DNA of 63,280 nucleotides, filler included, from Octopus bimaculoides (Eukaryota): NCBI RefSeq assembly GCF_001194135.2. It is 5 parts of 4 records of this genome, joined end to end, with 100 filler letters (N's around TTAATTAATTAA, not from the genome) between each part and the next. Parts side by side here need not be neighbours in the genome. Positions count along the whole stretch, not along the records: positions 1 to 16,375 come from NC_069002.1; 4 more parts are not named here. One strand, 5' to 3'. Shown piece by piece: positions 1 to 11,529 of this stretch (position 1 is its first letter; each line of letters starts with the position of its first letter). The notes under the pieces were generated by a model. It saw only the letters and a program-made list of their open reading frames with translations, ran no database searches and was not told where the DNA came from. The position numbers and the translations under genes were made by a program.

Positions 1-77
1 GATTAGATCGACCCCAGTACGCAACTGGTACTTAATTTATCGACCCCCGAAAACATTTCGTCCGGCTTCTTAACATT

Positions 78-305
78 TCTTATTTCTTTACTGCCCACAA
101 GGGGCTACACACAGAGGGACAAACAAGGACAGACAAACGGATTAAGACGACTCCTCCAGTGAGTAACTGGTATTCAATTTATCGACTCCGAAAGGATGAA
201 AAGCAAAGTCGACCTCGGCGGAATTTGAACTCAGAACGTAGCAGCAGACGAAATACTGCTCAGCATTTCGCCCGGCGTGCTAGCGGTTCTACCAGATTGC
301 CGCCT
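78..305 (-). mobile_element. tRNA-derived SINE, family A (head ggcggcgagctggcagaa-like; central gtcgactttgcctttcatcctttcggggtcgataaa-like domain)
   Basis: The reverse complement has a tRNA-like head with B-box gagttcaaattcc and a central domain recurring in many window copies. A partial copy lies at 1-52. CpGs are retained here. Confidence 0.85.
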
Positions 306-346
306 TTTGGTGGTAATCTTATTGAAAGCCTAAAATCATGGAGACA

Positions 347-600
347 GCGCGGTTGGCTGGCCGAATCGTTAGCGTACTAGACAAAACGATTTGCGGTATT
401 TTGTCCGTCTTTACGCTCCGACTTCAAACTCCACAGAGGTCAACTTTGGTTTACATCCACTCGGATTAGAAGGAAAAAAATTACTAGACCGGTCCTGTGG
501 CCGATGAAATAGTACTGATAAAGTGCAGGGGCGGATGTAGGCAAATAGTCTCCTTTCTCAAAATCTCAGGCCTTGCGCCTAAATCGAAACGATTATTCGC
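347..600 (+). mobile_element. tRNA-derived SINE, family A (diverged copy, head-to-head with 78-305)
   Basis: ggctggccgaatcgttagc...ttcaaactccacagaggtcaactttg...ggccttgcgcctaaatcgaaac matches the family A copy at 21158-21370. Confidence 0.75.
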
Positions 601-757
601 CGTTGTTGTTATCTATATTTTTAGCTTATTCATTTCGCTGATAAATACCAGCTTTTTATAATAGAATTAATTCAAGATTTAAGAATTTAGGTAAAAGTGC
701 ATACCATGTTTTCAATTGCATTCCTTCTTTCTTATATTTCATATCATTAGTTGTGCG

Positions 758-824
758 ATGAGAAGAACTCTTGCACTCCTCTACATCGGCGTACTCATTT
801 CATGCGCCTCGTCGCAGAAGCAAG
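758..824 (+). CDS. Knottin gene 1, coding exon 1: signal peptide MRRTLALLYIGVLISCASS-QKQ
   Basis: Acceptor cattag| at 750, 7-nt UTR, ATG at 758, basic-hydrophobic-small-residue signal peptide, donor CAAG|gtaaat (phase 1). Mirrors exon 13249-13318. Confidence 0.8.
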
Positions 825-870
825 GTAAATATTCACCACTACCATCACTTCATAGTAATCCTAGAGGCGG

Positions 871-908
<38 letters not shown>

Positions 909-1106
909 GAAGCGGCGAGAGTCGTTTTTTATGTAGTCAAATGAGAAATTACTCTCATCAAATTTTCATGGCTCTTCTATCTTCCATACTATATTCATGA
1001 GGCCCACGTTATTCTTGTGTTCAGCCTTACCCTACAATGATGTGTATTATCATTCATTTAGTTTTTCCACGTCTATTTTTATTTCTATTATTATCGCTTA
1101 AATCAG

Positions 1107-1126
1107 ATGTTTCCAACCGAGTTCCA
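1107..1126 (+). CDS. Knottin gene 1, candidate propeptide exon 2a (DVSNRVP)
   Basis: Good acceptor cttaaatcag|AT; begins with Asp as the paralog's exon 2 does. The donor CCA|gtataa is weak. Confidence 0.35.
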
Positions 1127-1248
1127 GTATAACTGTTGAGGGCCCATATATTATATTGTTATTACTTACTTATACTTAGTGTATATGCTTCGTGTATTTT
1201 CCGATGGCTGCAATAAACTGGTGGAATATATACAGTCTCAAAGAGCAG

Positions 1249-1283
1249 GATGATAAAATGCCTCAGTATCGAGGACAGATCAG
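1249..1283 (+). CDS. Knottin gene 1, candidate propeptide exon 2b (DDKMPQYRGQI-R)
   Basis: Strong phase-2 donor CAG|gtaact, which makes Arg with the first base of exon 5429. The acceptor is uncertain (alternatives at 1180 and 1244). Confidence 0.5.
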
Positions 1284-2480
1284 GTAACTCACCCTCAATC
1301 ACATTTGTGAGTGATGAACACCGATGTTTCGCCATTGTTGTGACTTAAAACATCACCTACCCGCTAGGGTTGAAGTCAAGTTACCTAGCATGTGCTGGCA
1401 TGGCCGGAAATTGTATAGCAAAGAGAATATTTACATTATGAAATAAAAGCAGCCCTAGTTAAAATTTATGTACAATAAATTGGTTATATTCCTACAATCC
1501 ACAAAATATGACTTAATTTTTCACAATCATATATAGTTGTGGACAAGTGATTCAGTTCGGCTCCAATTCGGTTCCGATACGTGATGTTGATAAACCATAA
1601 AAATGGCAAAACATCGATGTCCATCGCATCTGAATCCTTCATAATCTCGAGACTTATCCCCAACAGATTATCGTATATATCCTCACATTGAGCTTTTCAC
1701 CTCTGCCCCCCCCCCCACCAAAATGCTTGCAAACAGAACGGTGGAGTGACTATATTTAAACGATTTATAACTTCAAAAGACAGTATAGTTTTCGGTAAAG
1801 GAATATATACTCTCTGAAGGTACTAGAAAAAAGTTTTTGAAGCTAATGAAGCCTAATTTGATTAATGAATAATGATTATAAATCGTTTTTCCTTTTTCGG
1901 TTCTTTGTGACCATTTCATGTAGAACAACCAAATATAATACATATTATACATAGTTTATACATATACTTATATATATGCATGCACGCACACACATACACA
2001 CATTATTCTCTTGTTATTCAAATATCTGATGAGAGCAGCTGAGTTATTTATATATTTCTATACATAAGACAGGATGTCCGAAGTCCTTGGATAGTTTTAT
2101 AACTTTTTAATCTTGGATGTTTTATTATATCATTTCTAGATCGCAGCATGTTCGATGATTTGTCAGAAGCAGATGATCGCTTGGAAAGAAGGTACGGATT
2201 ATATATTGACAATTGTTTGAGAATGGCATCAGTAACAGTGAAATAATTATTATAATTCTTCTGTTAAACTGATTTATTTGTGTTAGGCTTGTTTTGTAAA
2301 GAGTGTGTTGTGTCTTGTGTAACAAAAATAAAATGAGAAAATATTAGAGTAAGTGTGTGAAATATTGTCTGAATTAGTGGAAAAAATATTTATTTAAATA
2401 ATAACAAGTTTTGAACGGTACAACAACACACTATAATACAAACAACTATATACTTGTTGTAATTTGGTTATCCATAGTCC

Positions 2481-2515
2481 GATGATATTTCGGAATACAA
2501 TTCCTTCTTCAGATC
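2481..2515 (-). ncRNA. Minimal type I hammerhead ribozyme (Penelope-like), intact core
   Basis: Minus strand reads GAU CUGAAGA A GGAAU ugu AUUCC GAAA UA UC AUC: core, 5-bp stem II, palindromic AUAU stem III, UC cleavage site, 3-bp stem I. Confidence 0.7.
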
Positions 2516-3269
2516 TTCTTAGATGGAGTCTCTGCTATAAACTGTTTAACGGCTTTTCTTTTTTTTCCGGAAGTGTCTCAGTAGTGGTCTCACGAAGCTC
2601 CTTCCGGAATTTTTTTTTGTTATAAACAATACAAGAGCATATTATTAAGAATGAACCTAAACACGTCCAGATGTAGCTAAATAATATATTGATTACCAGT
2701 CTCCAGCCTGTTGTTAATTTGGGGTCCTAGTCTGTGTATGAGTAATGCTTCCTTAATTCTTAAATTACCCAAATTTCTTTCATTTCTTTCATTATTTAAA
2801 TGTTAAACAAAGGTATTTTCCATTGAGAATATATCTAAAATGTATTTTTATCAAATAAATACGCGAATGAAATGTAGAAATAATATATCTGAGAAACAGA
2901 TTTTGAAAGGAGGTGATAAGGTTGTGAAAACCCAACCACGGATGAACAAAACATTATTAGTCAACTGGCAGAAATGATATAGAAACGGTAATCAACCAAG
3001 TATATCTCTTTCTCCCTATCATACTTTTGTCCATGTCTTCTTATTAGGTGTAACAAAAACTGCGCTTAGATTGATTATTATTGTTAGTGCGACCAAAATC
3101 AGTCATTTGCTCTGCTCACATCACATTGAATTTTGTGCCAAATTCATGACACAGTTTCAGTATCACATTATCGCGTTTGGGCTCTACGAATATCCCAGAA
3201 TATGTCTAAATAATCATGGACAGTCTACACCGGTTAGTTTTGAAATTGAAATCAGCCATTGAAAGATTG

Positions 3270-3535
3270 AAAGAAATAGAAACAGATATTATGGTGGAAA
3301 ACAAGAGATGAGCAAAAGCGAAAAGATTTAGAATATTAGAAGGAAAATACTGATTCAAGAGGAATATATTTGACAGATCAGAATAATCCTGGAAAATAAA
3401 CTTACTTCAAAATTTAAGAAGCAGGCTGTTAACTCACTAATAATCTCGATAGCAAATTACAACTTCACATTTGTCAATTGGAATGAACAAGAAGTTAAGA
3501 AAAAGTAACAAAATTTTAATAAATGATTGACTCTG
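3270..3535 (+). mobile_element. R4/Dong-like non-LTR retrotransposon fragment (RT thumb), degenerate
   Basis: Translates as KQAVNSLIISIANYNFTFVNWNEQEVKKK*QNFNK*LT, aligning with NKTVACNVFAVPVLIPTFGLLDWTLDEIRAIHVKVRKILT at ~6960-7080. Confidence 0.65.
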
Positions 3536-4221
3536 TCCTCCTTAAGATAATTCACATTGGATGTATGTCTCTGCGGACGGGGAGTATATATATTCTTGTG
3601 CGTATATATAAATAACAAATACAAATCGCTCAGTCTGTGTGTTTCTGTATATATATATGTATATATATANNNNNNNNNNNNNNNNNATATTTGTATATAT
3701 ATATACATACATACATACATACATACATACATACACACACACACAAACACACAAACATATGTATATACACATATAACAAAAATACACATAGAGGAAATCA
3801 CATCATCAATTGTTGAATTTACCATACAAGGCCGGCGATTGTTTCTATTATATTGACATATTTAGATACAGAAAATACCATCAAAGTTAATATAACGGAA
3901 AATACACGTTAACGTTTTCAAGGCGTCCAAAATGATTTAAATTCGAAGTGACCCCAAGAAGATATCTCCAGTACACGAATGCATACAAAAAATTTAAGAA
4001 GAAATATAATCTAAGAAAAGGTACTTCTGTATTCAACTTTTGGTGACGTCAGTGGATAACGAAAGAATAAAAACTAAGCATGAACTCTACGTTAAAACAA
4101 TTTGAAACAGAGATTCTACGTCACAACAATTATTTATCTATCTATTAAATATACTAAACATTTATATAATGTGATTTCCTTTATCTTTATTTTCGTTGTG
4201 TAATATTCTGATCTTCTTGAA

Positions 4222-4298
4222 ATTTTTTACATGATCTACTTCTTATTTGGATCTACTTCTTATTTGGATCTACTTCTTATTTGGATCTACTTCTTATT
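4222..4298. repeat. Tandem repeat (gatctacttcttatttg), about 4 copies of 17 bp
   Basis: Directly visible. Confidence 0.9.
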
Positions 4299-4304
4299 TA
4301 TGAG

Positions 4305-4437
4305 GAATTATCTTAGAAGGTTATCATACTTCAATTTATCGGTGTCTAATTGTTTGATATATTTAGCCAAATTCATTTAAAACTGAATGCTTTACTCATA
4401 TCGTCCTGGATCTTTTAATCCCTGTTTTTGTTTTGAT
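4305..4437 (-). mobile_element. Possible Penelope-like GIY-YIG region fragment
   Basis: Minus translation NLAKYIKQLDTDKLKYD resembles SLADCVWRLKGDKIKYS in the Penelope element at ~62650. Confidence 0.35.
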
Positions 4438-4959
4438 NNNNNNNNNNNNNNNNNNNNNNNNNNNNNNNNNNNNNNNNNNNNNNNNNNNNNNNNNNNNNNN
4501 NNNNNNNNNNNNNNNNNNNNNNNNNNNNNNNNNNNNNNNNNNNNNNNNNNNNNNNNNNNNNNNNNNNNNNNNNNNNNNNNNNNNNNNNNNNNNNNNNNNN
4601 NNNNNNNNNNNNNNNNNNNNNNNNNNNNNNNNNNNNNNNNNNNNNNNNNNNNNNNNNNNNNNNNTTTATTGTGCTTTTAATTATTAATTTTTCTATATGT
4701 GATAGTGGATTTTCATCGATGAGTTCTTGCAACTTGGTTATTTTCCCTAAAACTATATATTTTATATATATTTTTATCTATAAAGCTCAATTTAATTTTA
4801 ATTTTTTATAAATTGATTTTAATTGAGTTTTTACCTGTAATTTTGGATTTTGTCCCTAACGTCATACACTCTCTCTTTCCTTTCCTGAGCGTCCAATAAT
4901 ACTATCCATATCACGTCCTCACTTTGTTGTTTTTTCGTTTTTTTGTTATTGTTTTTTTG

Positions 4960-4996
<37 letters not shown>

Positions 4997-5428
4997 CAAT
5001 ACATATAAAGAATCCTCCTTAACATGATTTGATTCGCGTGTACTCCGATCATTCATGGAGAACTGGCTTTCTTTCGCTATCCTATCTAAATTTACAGGGG
5101 CCATAAATTGCTATTACCTGGTTCGTTGTTTGTTTCCTTCGGTTTTTAACGTTGATTTATTGTTATTTTATTGCTTTTTATAATGATTTTCGTTCGTCTT
5201 TTGACAGTCCCGCTTCTGCTGTAACAGTGGTAGAAAGCAGGATTGGAAGCACTACAATGTTAACATAAATGGTAGAATCAAATAACTATAGAATCATTTC
5301 ATTGAAACGATAGCATTTGAGAGGCACCGTATATACATAATAAAGCTATAGTATAGCTACTATATACCTGGTGTCTTTAGATTGCTAGAATTTCTAATTA
5401 TGTAGCGTTCTCTTTTCTCTATTTACAG

Positions 5429-5636
5429 AAGCGTCAAGTGCAAAAAATGGACATGTAATATTCCACATGATTCATGCTGTGACGGTCAAGTTTGTTCCTG
5501 TAAAAGCCTATGGACCGGATGCATCTGTAAAGACGCAGATTCGAGTTGCGCAATAATTGCAATGCATAATTATATATGTATACTTATTTGTTTGTTAGCA
5601 TTTCTTTTACATGTAGTATGGACCTTTTACATGTAG
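5429..5636 (+). CDS. Knottin gene 1, terminal exon: SVKCKKWTCNIPHDSCCDGQVCSCKSLWTGCICKDADSSCAIIAMHNYICILICLLAFLLHVVWTFYM*
   Basis: Strong acceptor tcttttctctatttacag| (phase 2); Cys spacing C-x4-C-x6-CC-x4-C-x-C-x6-C-x-C; stop TAG at 5634-5636; AATAAA motifs at ~5668-5678. Confidence 0.85.
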
Positions 5637-5869
5637 TATGGGATATTATTCAACATCATATCAAACTAATAAAATAAAGATTAAATTATAATGTTAAAAC
5701 ATAAATCCTTTGCGTTCATTCGTTATACATATGTTCTTATATAAACGTTCGTTGTGTAAATCGTAATAAATATGTATGCATGCATGTAACAATTATATAA
5801 ATGCGTTATAGTATTCACGAAACAAAATTTCTTTTTTATACATACATACATACATACATACATGCGAAC

Positions 5870-8110
5870 ATACATGGAGGAAAATCTGGATTGAAGAGAA
5901 GGAGTTTAACCAAGATGCCCTGTGTATGGAAGAGTTTTGAAGAAATTATTGTCTCTGTATTACTACGAAGACATACAGCATTGATAGTGCTGATGGTGAT
6001 ACCCTTGTAACTGTGATCCAGAAACTCCAGGATGGAAAAACATCCGGAAGAGACTTGATTGCTGGATATTGATACAAGAAACAAAACTTTTACCGATCAT
6101 ATCTTATCAACCTGTACCAGCAAGCTCTCAAAGGGAACAGTAGTATACGACACTGGTTAACTCTGGCAGAGGCAAAACTGATCTCTATATGCAAAACCAC
6201 TCACATGACAAAAACTATCAGCGAATTGCATGCCAGAACTTAATGAATAAAATATATACGGCATGTTTAAACCTCTACCTCCAAGACCATTGTGAAGGAA
6301 ATAACATTATCACAGGAGAACAAGCAGCTGGGAAGAAGGGAGTTTGGGGATATGCCGAGCAATTGTTGATAAACAAAACTTTAATGTCAGAGTTGCGGGA
6401 GCATGGAAGGAACCTAGCTTTTTACTCTGGTCCCCACTCATGGATGCTAGAAGCCCTTCAACGTGCTAAAGTTCCAGTAAAAGCCATAGCTGACCTGAGG
6501 CATATTCTAAGGGGACAGCCTCCCTGTGCTGTTGTTTATACTTTCTGCAAACCTCTAGTCGTTGATGCTAAGGAAGTCTGAAAGTAATCTCACTGGTTCA
6601 CAAGGAAACAGAAATATCAAAATCACATTGTTTCTTTGTGAATGACTTGAAACTATAAGCAAAGAATATGCATGGGATGAAAAAGAGCCGCGACCTGGTT
6701 ACAAAATTCTCAAAGGATATGGGATTGGAATTTGGTCAAGAGAAATGTTAATGGTTGTGAAAAGGGGGAAAGCTGTAAACCAGACTAGCAACGTCTCCAT
6801 CAATGACTTAACTGTTTCCCCTATATATGATGAGGAATGTTACAAGTATCTTGGGGGTGGATGAAAACATATCTTAGAATGGCACCTGTAACAAAACACG
6901 TGCCACTAAAGAATATTTCAGCCGAATAAAGAAAATTTGGACACGGAACTCTCTGCATTCAATAAAACAGTGGCCTGCAATGTGTTTGCAGTGCCAGTAC
7001 TCATACCAACATTTGGGCTGCTTGATTGGACGCTTGATGAGATCAGAGCCATTCATGTGAAAGTTCGGAAGATACTAACGGACACACATAATTTTCACAT
7101 CAACAGTGACGTAGACAACCTTTACCTAAAACGAAAACAAGGCGGCGGAGGCTTAACATCAATCCTAACTGCCTTTGAATGTCGTATCATTTCCCTTCGG
7201 CAACATCTTTTAACCACCAAGCGTCGAAGTGCATCCCTTGACAAAGTTTGCATAAATGAGGCTGATAACACCATAAGACTTGGAAATCAGCTCCTTGAGC
7301 AGAAATCCTTGTCCGATTACCTTAAATACATGCTCATAGAAGTTGCATGACTCTACCGCAACATATCATCGCATGAAAGTATGAGCATACATGAGGAGAA
7401 GACCGTGCATGGATACGTTAGTAGAAAGCTCCGAGATGAAAGTAACAATGATCATCAAAGTTGTCTATCATGCGCTAGCAACAGGATTGCTACCACCAAG
7501 GGTATGCGTTTGCAATCGAGAAACAAGAAATATCAACCAAATACCCGATGCACAAAAGGGATAGAGACGCAGGAAAAGCAGTAAAATGAGACAACTGATG
7601 CAAACTTTGTGGAGTTAACACCGAAGCTATCAGCCACATCATAAGCAGCTGTCCGAACGTGTCATTAAGGTATTATCTACAGATGAGATATAACGTTGTA
7701 TCTAGGACACTATATAATGAAATCCGTCGGAAGGATAACCCCGAGGACAAGGAAATAAGAAGCCATAGCCACTCGTAATGAAAAGGAGTACCTGTGGAAT
7801 GTTCCAGTGAAATCCTCAATAAAATGTAAATACCTGATATAATAATTTGAGACAGAGAAGAGAAACTGTACAGTTGTGGAAATCAGTTGTTAGCGGATGT
7901 TAGAATAAAGCTGAAGATCAGTGAAAAAGAGAATACCGATGCTGAACTATTGAGAAATCTGCAGTTATTCTACTCAGATTACAAGTTCAGGTTTATAGCT
8001 GTAATTATTGGGGCTCTGAGATATGTAACACATGGTCTTAATACCAAAAAGGAGAAAGCTGATTCGATGACTACAGATCCAATCCATCACTGGAACTGTA
8101 AAAATCATAC
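5870..8110 (+). mobile_element. R4/Dong-clade non-LTR retrotransposon, 5'-truncated and frameshifted (RT + CCHC + restriction-like endonuclease)
   Basis: NYQRIACQNLMNKIYT, GDSL-like RT motif, FFVNDLKL (YADD equivalent), DVDNLYLKRKQGGGGL, CKLCGVNTEAISHIISSC, PDIII*DREKRNCTVVEISC. Confidence 0.92.
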
Positions 8111-8282
8111 AAATCTGCACGCATACATACATACATGCATGCATACATACATACAAACATACATACAAACATACATACAAACATACATACATACATACAT
8201 ACATGCATACATACATACATATAATTACACATATATATGTATATACGTATAACTACACACACACACACACATATTTATATAA

Positions 8283-8355
<73 letters not shown>

Positions 8356-8399
8356 CATATATGTAAATACATATTATACCATGTACCCACCTCACAGTA

Positions 8400-10200
8400 T
8401 AGTAATTAAAATTAATCTTATCTAGCCACTTTATCTTTTTGGTTTACTTATTATTTCTTTATTTTTTTATTTATTTCTTTATTATTATTTAATAGTTATT
8501 TACTTATCCATTTTAATAATTTACTTATTGAGCTAAAATATATACATATAAATATTAACCTTCTCAATCTTATTTACTTATTTATGTCGTCTAGTTCATT
8601 CTAATTTAATTCTTATACACTACTACCTTCACTTACCTCCCCTTGACCGAAAATTATTTCCAAATATTGAACATTACATATAAACCGAAATTAATTCTCC
8701 TTGTTAATAGGTTTATTATCCTCTTTACTTATTTATTTATTTATTTATATTAATAACAAACTATAGTTCTATAGTAAATATGGCATTTTATCCCATAAAC
8801 TGTAACTAAACTATATTATTTTCATTGACAAACTTCCACTTTATAATATATAGCTTTTCTCCTACGTTATTCTTCTTCTCTCCTCCCTCTTGTAATTTAT
8901 TTTTTCTTTCCAAACTAAACTCATTAAAAGTAATTATTAATAAATTCTGACATACTGACACGTTTTATGCCTTATGTACTCTCTCCTTATTTTATAATTT
9001 TCACCTAAATTATTTTCCTCTTCACCACTCTCTCGTCACTTCCCTCTATTCTAGATTCTTCTATTTCCGTTACCTTTGCTTACTTCATAAAACAATGTTA
9101 TTTTTGTTTATCTTTTCATTTTTCGTTTGATCAATTCAATATTAATTTTAGGGGTGTTAGTCTCTCCTATATTACAAATATGTACGTGTAACAAGTTTAT
9201 ATTTACTTATTTATTTATTCATTTATTTACTTACTTATTACCGTATTAGTTTAGTATTTGATTCTATCTCCATTAAACACTGTTGAACTTAATATACTTC
9301 TAAGCGTGCCTATATATAATATATATTATGCTAAATTTTTAGCATTAAATTTATATACTCTTAAGTCCTTATATGTTTTAGGTTACTAAATACTTTATAT
9401 ATTAATTTCACTCAAATTTTTTAATACGTCTTTTGCCCACAATTATTTATTCATATTTACTATACATATGCGTGTAAAGTTATGTTTATATTTGTGTAAT
9501 AACACATTCTCATTTGCCTATTCACTAATCTACTCTATATTATTTCATTATATGCTTGTTGCACTTTTATTTTATCTCTATACATATAAATTATGTATTG
9601 TATTTATATATAATGCACTCAGAAATATATTTTTTACCTATTACCCTTCTTATATTTATTTTATTTACATATACACCTTAATTACTTCAATAATTACAAA
9701 CTNNNNNNNNNNATATATATTCACCCTAATTTTTCTATTCATAATTATTTATTGGTTTACGATAACATTAATTAACATACTGCTTACTCTATAACATTAA
9801 TAGCTACCCATAATATATTACTACCTATATTTTTATAACCACATTCACAATTACTTTAATTGGTACTTAATTATACTTTATAGATACATATGTTTCAGTG
9901 CCATATTTTATTCTTTATCTTTATTTTCATTTTTTTAATAACTTCGATAAATATACTACTTTCCCCACCATTGTAAGGTTTATACCATGTTCTTTCTAAA
10001 AAAACATTTATCAGCTAATGGATTTGCTCCCTACACTCAAGACACAATAATATGAAAATGTAAGGGTATATCTTTTTCCACCTCCGATGAGATTCAACTT
10101 TTAAATGTTTTTAATTATACTAATTAATTTTTGAAGTCTTGAATCGAAACAGCTGTCAGAGATGGTGTCTAATTTTGTAATTAATAAATAATTGTTAATA
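8400..10200 (+). mobile_element. AT-rich non-coding element ending in a hammerhead motif (probable non-autonomous Penelope derivative)
   Basis: About 1.8 kb of very AT-rich sequence between (TA)n tracts with a hammerhead at its 3' end. No protein homology recognised. Confidence 0.4.
10078..10165 (+). ncRNA. Type I hammerhead ribozyme motif with U4>C core substitution
   Basis: CCGAUGA GAUUCAA...UUGAAUC GAAAC AGCU GUC AGAGAUGG: perfect 7-bp stem II, palindromic ACAGCUGU stem III, GUC site, imperfect stem I. Confidence 0.7.
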
Positions 10201-10991
10201 TAATTATCTCTATTTTCTTATTTTCTTTCATATATATATATATTTATACGTCGCCAAACTAACTCACAAGAAATTGGTTGGCTCAGAGCTACTGCAGAAA
10301 ACGCTTGCCCAAGCAAACATAGTTCAAGAATGTCAAATTACAGTGATATGTCTTTGAAGCGACATCCCACAGCGCAAAACCGTTCGATGGGGAGAAAGTC
10401 TTCTACTAAATTACGATTTTCTACTAGTTTTTGGGATTGGAGGAGCATATATTTGGTGACATAGGTATGTTATTCAGAACAAACTGGTGAGGAATTGCTG
10501 CAAACGCCAAAAGTTCTTAATTATTTAAGAAATGAAATGATACAGATTGGACTCTTTTGTCATAAATTTATTATTGTCCAAGTAATACCGGATTCGTCTT
10601 TTTTTTTCTCCTCTAACCTAATGTTATATACTGTAATCCGAATCCTTAATAAGCAAGTTTTACTTTACTTTGTATTTTTAGTTTTGGTAAAAAGAATTGA
10701 GACACATTTAAACTGAGACTGTTTACATCTCACTTGTCTTCAAATATTGCATAAAAATTATGTTTTGTTTCTTCTTGTTCATATAATAACACTACATCCT
10801 TCTAAATAGCGTGACATGCAACAAAGAAACGTAACTCATAAACACACTCTGTATAACACATTTTCTACATATGAATTGTACAATGGACGTTGATATTAAG
10901 TTTTACCAAGTTTTATGTGTCAATACTTTGAAATATTGTTTCATATAATGTCAAAACGCGGTTTAATTGCTATTTTTTTGCTTGATTTGCA

Positions 10992-11271
10992 TTACTTTGG
11001 ATTATGGTTATCGCAACACCCAGGCCAGGCAGAACTACTCCACAGGCGAAAAGCAGAAAGTAAAGAAATGCTCATATACATATCGTTGCATATTGTTGTA
11101 GCTCCTGATCTAAATTTATAAAAGAAAGATTCCACACATGTGCACGCCGTCCAGTAAACATTACAAATACAAGCATGGCCTCGACAGCACGTTCTACCTG
11201 GTGTCTTTTGGATGGGACTACATGGCCTATGCCACCCGGCGCATAACATTACATGTCCCTTACTTTTGGTT
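10992..11271 (-). CDS. Knottin gene 2, terminal exon: TKSKGHVMLCAGWHRPCSPIQKTPGRTCCRGHACICNVYWTACTCVESFFYKFRSGATTICNDMYMSISLLSAFRLWSSSAWPGCCDNHNPK*
   Basis: Acceptor ttttttttatctatttgcag| (phase 2); C-x6-C-x10-CC-x4-C-x-C-x6-C-x-C; contained in the listed ORF 10992..11327. Confidence 0.9.
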
Positions 11272-11484
11272 CTGCAAATAGATAAAAAAAAGGAACGGAA
11301 ATACATAAAACGAAAATGACTTAGCAATTCACTTAATTCCGCAAAAATTGTATGTCCCTAAATATCACTATTCAAATCTATAAATTTATAAATATGTATG
11401 CATGTATGCATTTATGTATGTATGTATTAATGTATGTATGTATGTATGTATGTATGTACGTATGTATGTATGTATGTATCCATC

Positions 11485-11529
<45 letters not shown>

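Noticed and set aside
2022-2060. CTGATGA at ~2026 as a hammerhead
   Set aside because: No closing stem II followed by GAAA.
5208-5271. Strong acceptor at 5207 as an extra exon of knottin gene 1
   Set aside because: Phase 1 hits TAA unless a weak donor gives a 13-nt exon; the other phases have no good phase-2 donor. Not excluded, but unsupported.
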